Made by a program: the position numbers and the translations under genes
Assembly (NCBI GenBank): GCA_041663565.1
Contig: JBAYMJ010000002.1
Span: forward strand, 17,947-81,946
Length of the DNA: 64,000 bases
Reading direction: 5' to 3'
Source of the DNA: Candidatus Micrarchaeia archaeon
GTDB taxonomy: Archaea; Micrarchaeota; Micrarchaeia; Norongarragalinales; CAINOH01
Part shown: positions 13,053-21,756 of the stretch, in pieces
How the letters are laid out: every line of letters begins with the position of its first letter
Numbering within the stretch: position 1 is the stretch's first letter
Notes under the pieces: generated by a model
The model's database searches: none
What the model was told of the DNA's origin: nothing
What the model saw: the letters and a program-made list of their open reading frames with translations, nothing else

Positions 13053-13508
13053 ATGAACATCAAGTTATTCGCACAATGCACTGTTGCGCTGCTTACCGCA
13101 TCGCTATTAGGTTACGCGTTCAGCTACATAGGCGTTGCCGGGACGGTCATCGACTCGTTCTGGAAGCTTGTTGCCTTTGACTTGGGTGCGTCAATCCTTT
13201 TTGCATTTGCCTGGCCGCATGTGCGGGGAGTGCGCAAGGGCGACACCCTTGCAACCGACCTTTCCATGGGAAACCTGCGCATGCCGGGGATAAACGTAAT
13301 GGTCGGCACGTTCGGGATTGGAAACGCGCAGGCAGCTGGAAACGGCAGGATTGGGCAGAAGATACGCATCCACCTTGCCGACGGAAGGAGGGGCGAGGCA
13401 AGGATAGTGGAATATGCCGGCACGTTCTCGCCTGCGCGCGTGCAAATCCTTGAGATGGAAAAGCCTGCTCCCCAGCACATAGTTGAGAACGACGAGCGGC
13501 TGCTCTGA
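13053..13508 (+). CDS. Membrane-anchored hypothetical protein
   Basis: Two N-terminal hydrophobic helices followed by a soluble beta-rich region. Start ambiguous between ATG 13053 and GTG 13035. Confidence 0.5.
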   Translation: MNIKLFAQCTVALLTASLLGYAFSYIGVAGTVIDSFWKLVAFDLGASILFAFAWPHVRGVRKGDTLATDLSMGNLRMPGINVMVGTFGIGNAQAAGNGRIGQKIRIHLADGRRGEARIVEYAGTFSPARVQILEMEKPAPQHIVENDERLL

Positions 13509-13571
13509 AAAAAAAGACGGCGAACCTGCCGGGTCCGCAGCAACTTCTTTTGCTTTCCTGTTTTTTCAATC

Positions 13572-14630
13572 CTACCGGAAAGGCCTTTCGTTTCTTCGTA
13601 GCCTTCGCAAGGATACCGCATCGGGGCCCACTTTTGCGCACAGCCTAGCGTAAGCGACTTCAAGCTCTTTCGGGTCCATCGCAGCACGCAAGTCCGCCTC
13701 GATGAGTATCGCGGGGTAGGCGTAGCGCGAGTTGCCCTTGCACAGGCCGCAGACTGCTTTGCTTGCGGCGTCCGCTTTCGTGTAATCTGAAAACTCGAGC
13801 CTGAGCGGGCGGTCGTATTTTGACGCCTTCACGTAGGTCGCCGCTGGTGTGGTGCGGCACAGGTCGCGTCCAAGGTCCTGGCGCTCGATTTTGACAAGGC
13901 CGCTGCGCTCGTTCTCCTCCAGGGCCATCGAAAGGAAGGCTGAGTCGTTTGTCGATGAGAGGAATTTCGCGTGCTGGGAATAGAAGTCGGAAAGGTCTTC
14001 GGACTTTCTCATCGCGTCCAGGTAGTTGCGGCTCTTGGTGTCCTTGACTACCCCGACAAGCGTGACGTCTGCCGCACTGCACTCCGCAAATAGGAAGCGG
14101 TATTCCGCAAGGAGGCGCTCGAAGCCCTCGAACGCCGGCGAGTCCTTTTGCGGCCGGTCCTGGGGGTTTGGGAAGATGCTGCCATCAAGAAAGACCATCG
14201 AGGGCGAGAAGAGCTTCACCGACTCCCGCGCACGCGCAATCTCCGAGCGCAGCCGGATTATGGAGTCGCGCTGCATCGTGTCCGACTCGTCGAAGGAGTC
14301 AAGTAGCGCGGTCTCGAACCCATCCAGCCCGGACGGGTGGTTTGCCTTGCGGCAGACCTTGCCGTTTTCGTAGCCGAACGCGGTGCACACCGCGCGGAAG
14401 AGTACGAGCTCGCAGGACTGGTAGACCTCGGACACTATGCCGCCGTCGATTGCTGCGATTGTACCGGTAAAAGTTGCGTTTGGAGGGCATGAAACAACCG
14501 ATGACTCGCCGAGGAACGCTTCCTTCCCCGCGGTTGCCTGCAGTTGGCGCAGGCCCGATGCGGCGGCGGACAGGCCGGACTCTAGGGTGCGTATCCTCGC
14601 AATCACTTCCGAGGTGTTGTCCGTAATCAT
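13572..14630 (-). CDS. nurA: NurA-type 5'-3' DNA nuclease
   Basis: IAAIDGG, VFLDGSIFP and YPAILIEADLRA match NurA catalytic motifs. Start trimmed to ATG 14628-14630, because the upstream 139 codons of ORF 13572..15047 run antisense to a pilin gene. Confidence 0.8.
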   Translation of the reverse strand: MITDNTSEVIARIRTLESGLSAAASGLRQLQATAGKEAFLGESSVVSCPPNATFTGTIAAIDGGIVSEVYQSCELVLFRAVCTAFGYENGKVCRKANHPSGLDGFETALLDSFDESDTMQRDSIIRLRSEIARARESVKLFSPSMVFLDGSIFPNPQDRPQKDSPAFEGFERLLAEYRFLFAECSAADVTLVGVVKDTKSRNYLDAMRKSEDLSDFYSQHAKFLSSTNDSAFLSMALEENERSGLVKIERQDLGRDLCRTTPAATYVKASKYDRPLRLEFSDYTKADAASKAVCGLCKGNSRYAYPAILIEADLRAAMDPKELEVAYARLCAKVGPDAVSLRRLRRNERPFR

Positions 14631-14741
14631 TGTAAGGCGCCTAGCGGTCTCAAGCTTGACCCTGGATATGACTTGACGGGATTGTAATTTATTACGGATA
14701 GGCCAGGACGAGTTCCGGTGACGTGCTCGCGAGGCGCATCG

Positions 14742-14748
14742 TTTATAT
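14742..14748 (+). promoter_or_regulatory. TATA box for a leaderless pilin-like gene
   Basis: TTTATAT centred about 27 nt upstream of ATG 14770, the spacing expected for an archaeal leaderless transcript. Confidence 0.4.
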
Positions 14749-14769
14749 CGGCGTGCGGCATACTGGTAT

Positions 14770-15222
14770 ATGCATATGACACACCGTGGCCAGGGCGCAT
14801 TCGAATACCTGCTGATGCTTGGCGGCGTAGTGCTAGTGGCGGTCATGGTCATCCTCATAATGCAGGGTTCTGCGCAGGGCGCGGACAACGCCCTGCTGCA
14901 GAACCAGAACCAATACAACAGCATAGTGGCCGGCGGGGTGAAGAACACGCTCACGAACGCGCCGCTTTCGTTCATACTCTCGTGCACCGCAGGCTCTGCC
15001 ACCACCTCGTACATAAGCAACAACTCGAACTGCGACGCCGCGTGCAAGGCGGTCGGCTACACCAACGGCACAACGGTGTGCTACACGAGCGGCTGCGCCG
15101 CATCCTGCAACGCCTGCACGACCATAACTTGCAACGGCATCGCGTGGAACGTCATCACGGGGTGCAGCGCGCCTGGAAGCTGCAACATGGACTCGTGCAA
15201 CTGCACGCGCACCGCCGGCTAG
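14770..15222 (+). CDS. Class III signal peptide (type IV pilin-like) protein with a Cys-rich head
   Basis: N-terminus MHMTHRG/QGAFEYLLMLGGVVLVAVMVIL (K/R-G cleavage context plus hydrophobic helix). The C-terminal 80 aa contain 14 Cys. Confidence 0.8.
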   Translation: MHMTHRGQGAFEYLLMLGGVVLVAVMVILIMQGSAQGADNALLQNQNQYNSIVAGGVKNTLTNAPLSFILSCTAGSATTSYISNNSNCDAACKAVGYTNGTTVCYTSGCAASCNACTTITCNGIAWNVITGCSAPGSCNMDSCNCTRTAG

Positions 15223-15280
15223 TACGCGCATAACTTCTGCCATTTTAAACGGCAAATCCCCTTCTTGTTCCGGTGGAAAA

Positions 15281-15850
15281 ATGAAAGGCCAGACGTCACT
15301 TGAGTACCTGCTGATACTTGCAGGGACCGTGATGCTCGTGCTCCTCGTCTCGACCATAGTTAACTCCGCCATGGCGCCCGGGCTGGAGAACGCGAGAAAC
15401 AACAGCACCGCCCAGCTTTGGAACGCGTCAAACGACTGGGGGACGCCGACAATCCCGTCAACCACTGCCACCCCGACGCCCACGGTGGGCCCGATTGAGT
15501 TCTTCTTCCAGGTGCAGGACAACGGCGGCAGCAGCGTCGCATTGTTCCTGCCTACGGGCGACGTCGTCCTCAAGACCGGCTGCTACGCGGGGGCTGCGGG
15601 AAGCTGCGCCAACCCGCCGGATGGGTCGTTTGCGGTGAGGGACCCTGCGGGCGTCTCGCACGCGTTCATCAACCCGTCCGGAAGCCTCTGCATCGAGGAC
15701 GCAAACTGCAACGGGAACGACGCGAGCTGCAACAGCCCGCCCGACGACTCGTTTACGACGCAGAACTCCGCAGGCACTACTGTATCATACATAAGCCCGG
15801 CTGGCGCGCTTTGCCTTACGGGCAGCCTTGTCCAGTATGGGAACCCCTAG
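15281..15850 (+). CDS. Class III signal peptide (pilin-like) protein with an internally repeated head
   Basis: MKG/QTSLEYLLILAGTVMLVLLV and a Thr/Pro linker. Two clear repeats of about 40 aa follow (C..SC..PPD.SF.....AG......I.P.G.LC), preceded by a weaker third copy. Confidence 0.8.
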   Translation: MKGQTSLEYLLILAGTVMLVLLVSTIVNSAMAPGLENARNNSTAQLWNASNDWGTPTIPSTTATPTPTVGPIEFFFQVQDNGGSSVALFLPTGDVVLKTGCYAGAAGSCANPPDGSFAVRDPAGVSHAFINPSGSLCIEDANCNGNDASCNSPPDDSFTTQNSAGTTVSYISPAGALCLTGSLVQYGNP

Positions 15851-15858
15851 ATGATTTG

Positions 15859-17421
15859 ATGGACCGCTTCAGGATTTCGTTGACTGTCGCACTTTTCCTG
15901 TGCCTGCTGCAAGGCGCCTGCGCGGGAAACCTCAGCGTGAAGAGCGGACAGCTCAACATGACAGGCAACCTCTACGTCGGGCCCAACTATCTCTTCGTCA
16001 ACTCAACTTCGGGACTCGTCGGAATCGGCACAACTGCACCGGGAACGATTCTGGAAATCTCGTCAACAAACAACCCGCTAGCCGCGGGGTCCGCATCTAT
16101 ACTCCTGGCCGGCGACGTCAACAAGGAGCGCGTGGCGATACGCTCAAGCCAGGCTGCGGTATTCATTGCGGCCGGCCACCGGGGCACCGTTACGTCCCCG
16201 TCGGCCTTGCTTGCGGGCGACGCGATGGGTTACTACCAGCTCGGGGGGTACACGGGCACGGGATACACGCGAGCTGCGTGGATTACCGGATATGCAGAAG
16301 AGAACTGGAACGCAACGAACTGGGGAGGCAACCTCATATTCTCCACCATATCCCCCGGGACCACGTCCATCACCGAGAAGGTGAGGATAACCGGTGCGGG
16401 CAACGTCGGCATCGGCACGACGAACCCGGCAGCAAAGCTCCATGTCAATGGGGACGTGCGCATTACTGGGGATTCGTTTGATTCCATATTCATAAACCAG
16501 GGCGGGGCGTTGTATATCAGCGCTCCAAGTTCAAAGAAGATATATTTCGACACGACTGGAGTCGGACCGAAGGTTTCCTTTGATATGACTAGTGGCAACG
16601 TCGGCATCGGGACAACCGCACCGGCATCAAAGCTTCAGGTCTCCGGAGGCGAAATCCAGACCGGGACCAGCGGCACTGCCTGCTCGGGTTCCAATGCCGG
16701 CGCGATTCGTTGGAGCGGCTCGCACTTCTACGGGTGCACCGGCAGCTTCTGGATCCAGCTGGACTCGGGCGCGTACTCGTCATGCAACGAGATAAAGGCA
16801 GCAAGCCCTGGAGCCGGTGACGGCGCGTACACCATCTATCCGTCGGGCGTTGCAATCAACGTCTATTGCGACATGACCACCAACGGCGGCGGGTGGACAA
16901 TCGTAACTGCGCAGTCCGGAGCGGGGCAATACGGCCTTGCCGACGACACGGAAGCGACTGGCAACCCGTTGTCATACCAGGCGTACAACCTGAACCTGAT
17001 TAAAAAGATGTACATAAGCTCGGTCTCGTCGGAGTCGCTGATAAAGCGCAGCACCGGCGCCTGGATAAAGGCAAGCCACGCGCTGTTCGACAACAACCTT
17101 GTGGGCATGGGCAACCAGCACCCCCATTGGCAAGTCACTGTGACCGCCAGCAATGGTGCAACTGCTGCAAACTGCCAGATGGGCTACTCGAACTTCTATA
17201 ATTCGAATGGCGGCGACTTCGGCATAACCACCTCGGGGGTCGTCTTCGACCACCACAACCCCAGCACGTATTACCACTTGAACGCCGGCTGCGCAAGCAT
17301 GTACTTTTACAATTATGGCACTACATACAACGTGAACACCGCCTTGGGAGATTGGCCGGTGACGAATGCCTGCGTTCCCAGCGGGACCGAACTGGGCAGC
17401 TGGTACGCCGCGATGAGATGA
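15859..17421 (+). CDS. Secreted stalk protein with a C-terminal fibrinogen-related-domain-like head (paralog 1)
   Basis: Leader [40 protein letters not shown] and [16 protein letters not shown] motifs, neck [24 protein letters not shown], then CNEIKAASPGAGDGAYTIYPSGVAINVYCDMTTNGGGWTIV. Start set by paralog alignment. Confidence 0.85.
   Translation: MDRFRISLTVALFLCLLQGACAGNLSVKSGQLNMTGNLYVGPNYLFVNSTSGLVGIGTTAPGTILEISSTNNPLAAGSASILLAGDVNKERVAIRSSQAAVFIAAGHRGTVTSPSALLAGDAMGYYQLGGYTGTGYTRAAWITGYAEENWNATNWGGNLIFSTISPGTTSITEKVRITGAGNVGIGTTNPAAKLHVNGDVRITGDSFDSIFINQGGALYISAPSSKKIYFDTTGVGPKVSFDMTSGNVGIGTTAPASKLQVSGGEIQTGTSGTACSGSNAGAIRWSGSHFYGCTGSFWIQLDSGAYSSCNEIKAASPGAGDGAYTIYPSGVAINVYCDMTTNGGGWTIVTAQSGAGQYGLADDTEATGNPLSYQAYNLNLIKKMYISSVSSESLIKRSTGAWIKASHALFDNNLVGMGNQHPHWQVTVTASNGATAANCQMGYSNFYNSNGGDFGITTSGVVFDHHNPSTYYHLNAGCASMYFYNYGTTYNVNTALGDWPVTNACVPSGTELGSWYAAMR
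16594..16640 (+). repeat. 47-nt cassette identical to 18132..18178 (mid-gene, paralog 1 vs paralog 2)
   Basis: Direct comparison: ggcaacgtcggcatcgggacaaccgcaccggcatcaaagcttcaggt is identical in both genes, while the flanks diverge. Confidence 0.9.
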
Positions 17422-17501
17422 TTGGAATCTCGGAACGTTGACTTTAAGGAGAATTGTTGCCGGACAAATGAAACGACTCTAGGAAAATGGACATGCGATT
17501 T

Positions 17502-18860
17502 ATGGACCGCTTCAGGATTTCATTGGCCGCCGCGCTTTTCCTGTGCCTAGTGCAGGCCGCGTGCGCGGGCAACCTAAGCGTGAAGAGCGGACAGCTCAAC
17601 ATGACTGGCAACCTCTACGTGGGCGCTTCTGGGTCCGCGCTCTTTGTAAACTCAACGTCGGGTTACGTTGGAATTGGGACGACGAACCCAATCCGCGCAT
17701 TGCATATCTATGGCAACCCAGTTGTCGAACTCATACTTGAGGATGGCGCGGCAAATGCCGACTACCGGAAATGGAATTTCGTTGTCAACGGCGGCGCGGG
17801 GTCGAACAGCAGCTTTTACCTCCGCCAGCTCAACGACGCTGGAACTGCTGGCGCAGTCCCGTTCATGGTCAGCGGCGCAGGCAACGTCGGCATAGGCGCC
17901 AGCCCAATCAGCAAGCTGGAAGTCGCCGCATTGAACAGTTCCGTGGCAATCGGCGGTTACCTGGGGAACCCGCCGACATACCAGACAGGAATCCAGTTCC
18001 TCAACTACGGGGTATATCACGTCGGCTTGCGCTACGACGGCCAGGGCAACCTGATTTATGAAAGTGCGGGAAACAGCGTAAACCCGATGCTGTGGTATAA
18101 TGGCCAGCCCGCCAACTTCCTAGTGAGGAACGGCAACGTCGGCATCGGGACAACCGCACCGGCATCAAAGCTTCAGGTTTCCGGTGGCGAAATCCAGACG
18201 GGAACAAGCGGAGCGTCCTGCACGAGCGCCAACACCGGTGCAATACGCTGGGATGGCTCGTATTTCCTCGGGTGCACCGGCTCCGGGTGGGCGCGACTGA
18301 GCTACGGCACGTATTCCGCCTGCAATGCCATCAAGGTCGCCACGCCAAGCGCGGCCAACGGCACGTATACGGTATACATCAACAACACGGCAACACAGGT
18401 CTACTGCGACATGACCTCAGATGGCGGCGGGTGGACGCTGATTGTCGGCATCGGCCCGGACAACAACCACGACACCGCAAGCGCAGTCACCCCGGAGAAC
18501 CTCGTCTCGGCAACAGGCAAGGGCAAGTTCAGCGACGCCTGGATAAACCTCCTGCGGACCGCCCCGGGGACAGAGGGGATAGTAAGGCTGAACTGCGGCA
18601 CCTCAGTTGATTATTTCGACTACAGGACAACCGCGTGGCAGGCCACGTATACCGCCAACCCGAACGGGGTCGGCTGGGACGTGTACACCCAGCCGTGGGG
18701 GACCGCGCCGTACAGCGGCGGAGGGGCGAGCTACCCGAACCAGCCCGGGCCGTGGGCGTACTCGGTATGGGGCCAGAACACGATTTATGGCTATAGCGGG
18801 TGGACCGGCTGCTACACCGGTTCCGCAACTGGCGGCCCCGGCACGGTTTGGATGAGATAA
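17502..18860 (+). CDS. Secreted stalk protein with a C-terminal fibrinogen-related-domain-like head (paralog 2)
   Basis: [94 protein letters not shown] and CNAIKVATPSAANGTYTVYINNTATQVYCDMTSDGGGWTLIV. In-frame upstream ATGs at 17487 and 17493 are possible alternatives. Confidence 0.85.
   Translation: MDRFRISLAAALFLCLVQAACAGNLSVKSGQLNMTGNLYVGASGSALFVNSTSGYVGIGTTNPIRALHIYGNPVVELILEDGAANADYRKWNFVVNGGAGSNSSFYLRQLNDAGTAGAVPFMVSGAGNVGIGASPISKLEVAALNSSVAIGGYLGNPPTYQTGIQFLNYGVYHVGLRYDGQGNLIYESAGNSVNPMLWYNGQPANFLVRNGNVGIGTTAPASKLQVSGGEIQTGTSGASCTSANTGAIRWDGSYFLGCTGSGWARLSYGTYSACNAIKVATPSAANGTYTVYINNTATQVYCDMTSDGGGWTLIVGIGPDNNHDTASAVTPENLVSATGKGKFSDAWINLLRTAPGTEGIVRLNCGTSVDYFDYRTTAWQATYTANPNGVGWDVYTQPWGTAPYSGGGASYPNQPGPWAYSVWGQNTIYGYSGWTGCYTGSATGGPGTVWMR
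17511..17569 (+). repeat. 59-nt 5' cassette identical to 18902..18960 (leader region, paralog 2 vs paralog 3)
   Basis: ttcaggatttcattggccgccgcgcttttcctgtgcctagtgcaggccgcgtgcgcggg is identical in both copies. Paralogs 1 and 4 carry diverged versions at 15859.. and 20357.. Confidence 0.9.
18132..18178 (+). repeat. 47-nt cassette identical to 16594..16640
   Basis: See the partner copy; verified base by base. Confidence 0.9.
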
Positions 18861-18892
18861 ATATAATGATGTTTTGAGCCAGAGATGATTTC

Positions 18893-20320
18893 GTGAACAG
18901 CTTCAGGATTTCATTGGCCGCCGCGCTTTTCCTGTGCCTAGTGCAGGCCGCGTGCGCGGGAAACCTCAGCGTGAAAAGCGGCCAGCTCAACATGACAGGA
19001 AACCTCTACGTCGGCGCATCGGGCAACGCACTTTTTGTCAATACCGCATCGGGACTTGTGGGCATCGGAACGACAAGCCCTTCGCAGAGGCTCGACGTGA
19101 CTGGAACGGTCAATGCGTACGCTTTCACGGTCAACGGCTCGGCCTTCAGCACCAGCCAGTGGACGACTGCGGGCTCTAACATATACTATTCCTCAGGCAA
19201 CGTCGGCATCGGCACGACGAACCCGGCAACGGTGTTGCACATCTCCGGCCCGAACGAGGGAACCTCGACGTACTACTCCCAACTGAGGGTCGATGGGACC
19301 GGAGCCTACCCTTGGAACATTGCAGGAATTTCGTTGAACCCCAACGGGGCAGTCCAATCCCACCTTCGTTTTCTCGAGAATGGCGTAGTCAAGTTCCAAA
19401 TACGATACAACAACGGAAACACGCAGGATAGCAAACTGAAATTTTACAGCTTCATCACAGGTACGGACATGGCGACGTTTGATGCGACAAGCGGCTACGT
19501 CGGCATCGGGACAACCAGCCCCGCTTCCAAACTGCAAGTCTCCGGTGGGGAAGTCCAGGTGGGAAACAGCGGCGCCTCGTGCACAAGCGCCAACGCGGGC
19601 GCAATCCGCTGGAGCGGCACGCACTTCTATGGTTGCACAGGCAGCGGCTGGGCGCAGCTGGACTCCGCGGTATACCCGTCGTGCGGCGCCATAAAGACTG
19701 CAAACCCGAGCCTTTCCGACGGGGTATACACGATATACCCTTCGGGCATCGCCATGCAGGTTTACTGCGACATGACCACGCTGGGAGGGGGGTGGACGCT
19801 CGTTCTTCTCAACAGCCAGTATTCCGTCCCTCCGAAGCCGACCTGGACAAACGTCACAACCGGGAACGTCATTACCGGCACGTTCGGCTCAACCCTTGAC
19901 AGCGCGTTCGACCAGTTCCTTGGCGTCGCATATTGGAACACGCTGGGAACGCAGATGCGGGTCGAGGCGGGCAGCTCGTCCGCGTCGATTTCGCACCGGG
20001 CGCGCTACAACTTCACGCTCAACTCGGCGAACAACTATGCCCTGACCATGACGAACGCAATCCTTGACATAGGCTCGACCTACCCGGGAATGGCCACGTA
20101 CCACGCTGCGGGCAATTATCAGCTCTCGACCTTTGACGCGGACCACGACGTGTACTCCGCAAACTGCGCCAATTCCTACGGAAACACCGCCTGGTGGTAT
20201 GGAGCCTGCTGGGATGGGAACTTCTGGGGCGGCGGAGAATCGGGAAGCCACCAGAACAAGCCATTCTGGACCGGCAGCAGCGCGGACTACTACGACTGGG
20301 GCGCAATCTGGATACGGTAA
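18893..20320 (+). CDS. Secreted stalk protein with a complete fibrinogen C-terminal-like domain (paralog 3)
   Basis: GTG start; leader [23 protein letters not shown]. FReD hallmarks [41 protein letters not shown] and the distal [37 protein letters not shown]. Confidence 0.88.
   Translation: MNSFRISLAAALFLCLVQAACAGNLSVKSGQLNMTGNLYVGASGNALFVNTASGLVGIGTTSPSQRLDVTGTVNAYAFTVNGSAFSTSQWTTAGSNIYYSSGNVGIGTTNPATVLHISGPNEGTSTYYSQLRVDGTGAYPWNIAGISLNPNGAVQSHLRFLENGVVKFQIRYNNGNTQDSKLKFYSFITGTDMATFDATSGYVGIGTTSPASKLQVSGGEVQVGNSGASCTSANAGAIRWSGTHFYGCTGSGWAQLDSAVYPSCGAIKTANPSLSDGVYTIYPSGIAMQVYCDMTTLGGGWTLVLLNSQYSVPPKPTWTNVTTGNVITGTFGSTLDSAFDQFLGVAYWNTLGTQMRVEAGSSSASISHRARYNFTLNSANNYALTMTNAILDIGSTYPGMATYHAAGNYQLSTFDADHDVYSANCANSYGNTAWWYGACWDGNFWGGGESGSHQNKPFWTGSSADYYDWGAIWIR
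18902..18960 (+). repeat. 59-nt 5' cassette identical to 17511..17569
   Basis: See the partner copy; verified base by base. Confidence 0.9.
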
Positions 20321-20356
20321 ATTAAACAGCAGTTCATCTAAACTAGTAACGATATC

Positions 20357-21697
20357 ATGGACCGGTTCAGATTCTCATTGTCTGTCACTCTCTTCTTGTG
20401 CATCGTGCAGGCCTCTTGCGCGGGCAACCTCAGCGTGAAGAGCGGACAGCTCAACATGACAGGAAACCTCTACGTGGGTCCTGCCGGAAACGCGCTTTTT
20501 GTAAACTCCACGTCGGGACTTGTGGGCATCGGCACCGCAAGCCCCTCGGCACAACTGCACGTTGTGGGCAACGCAGTCATCACCGGCAGCATCGGAATCG
20601 GGACAACCAACTCCCTTGCGAAAGAACACATCCTTTTGGGGTCTGCAGGGACTACGCCAAACTTCACCATCGCACCTTCCTTGATTTTGGAGCATTCCGG
20701 GTACGACGGCCAACTGCAATTTTTAGCCCCGTCAACAAGGGCATCTTACATCATGTTCGGCGACGAGCGGAATTATGCCCGTGGAAGCATAGTCTACGAC
20801 CATCGCGCCGGTTCGGAAATGCTGGCGCTTTCCAGCCAGAACGGAAGCATAACAATACTTGCAGGAGGCAACGTCGGCATAGGAACGACGAGTCCGGCGT
20901 CAAAGCTGCAAGTCACGGGAGGCGAAATCCAAACTGGCAACAGCTCCGCAGCCTGCTCAAGCGCCAATGCAGGAGCAATCCGCTGGACGGGCGTGGTGTT
21001 CCAGGGGTGCACGGGCACGAACTGGACGACGTTCAGTTTCGGCGGGCAGGACGGGTCGACCCAGCAGCGGGCGGGCATAAGCTGCAAGGCGATAATCAAC
21101 GCCGGCTTCTCGAAGGGCAACGGCAACTATTGGGTCGACCCCGACGGCGGGGACACGGTCAACGCGTTCCAGGCATATTGCGACATGACAACGGACGGCG
21201 GAGGCTGGACGAAAGTCTATCACGGGACACCGGACCAGGCGTCCACGACGATTGCGTACATTACGGGGACCGCGCCCCTAGTCACCACGTCGTCGACGAT
21301 GATGTTCGCGTTCTTTGACGAGACTACGAACGCCACGTCAAGCGCGTGGAAGTTCCAGACGCCGTCCGCATTCACCACCAACACGCCGATGGCGAACGTC
21401 CAATGCGGGTACGTGACAATCACTGCCACGAGGATAAGCGACAGCCTGACGGTCAGCAACGTCCTCCGGTACGGGTATGGCAGCTTCGGCAGCAGGTGCG
21501 ACGAAGGATGCAGCAGCACCTGGGGGCAAATCTGCCTGAAAAGCACCTCGGCCCAGGGAACCGCCGGCGGGTACGCCGATTTCCCGATGTACACGTCTTT
21601 TGCGTGGGCGGGATACGACAATTGCGCTAGGTCTGATGAGACGTATTCTACTACGCAGTGCCCGACGACCAAGAGGTTCGTGATATTCGTAAGATGA
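20357..21697 (+). CDS. Secreted stalk protein with a C-terminal fibrinogen-related-domain-like head (paralog 4)
   Basis: [94 protein letters not shown] and CKAIINAGFSKGNGNYWVDPDGGDTVNAFQAYCDMTTDGGGWTKV. Confidence 0.82.
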   Translation: MDRFRFSLSVTLFLCIVQASCAGNLSVKSGQLNMTGNLYVGPAGNALFVNSTSGLVGIGTASPSAQLHVVGNAVITGSIGIGTTNSLAKEHILLGSAGTTPNFTIAPSLILEHSGYDGQLQFLAPSTRASYIMFGDERNYARGSIVYDHRAGSEMLALSSQNGSITILAGGNVGIGTTSPASKLQVTGGEIQTGNSSAACSSANAGAIRWTGVVFQGCTGTNWTTFSFGGQDGSTQQRAGISCKAIINAGFSKGNGNYWVDPDGGDTVNAFQAYCDMTTDGGGWTKVYHGTPDQASTTIAYITGTAPLVTTSSTMMFAFFDETTNATSSAWKFQTPSAFTTNTPMANVQCGYVTITATRISDSLTVSNVLRYGYGSFGSRCDEGCSSTWGQICLKSTSAQGTAGGYADFPMYTSFAWAGYDNCARSDETYSTTQCPTTKRFVIFVR

Positions 21698-21756
21698 AGG
21701 CGGCCACAAACACGCGGCTGCCAAAGCCATTTTTATTCCGCGGCCCGCTGTAATGT

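Noticed and set aside
14631-15047. N-terminal 139 codons of the 491-aa minus-strand ORF 13572..15047
   Set aside because: This part is antisense to the well-supported pilin-like gene at 14770. It contains the mirror-image peptide SISRYSNAPWP, which appears wherever a QGAFEYLL leader is read backwards. NurA homology starts only at the internal Met (14630).
15859-21697. Diversity-generating retroelement (DGR) acting on the variable FReD heads
   Set aside because: No reverse transcriptase gene is present in the window. No template/variable repeat pair with adenine-specific mismatches was seen. The identical cassettes lie in the conserved leader and stalk, not the heads.
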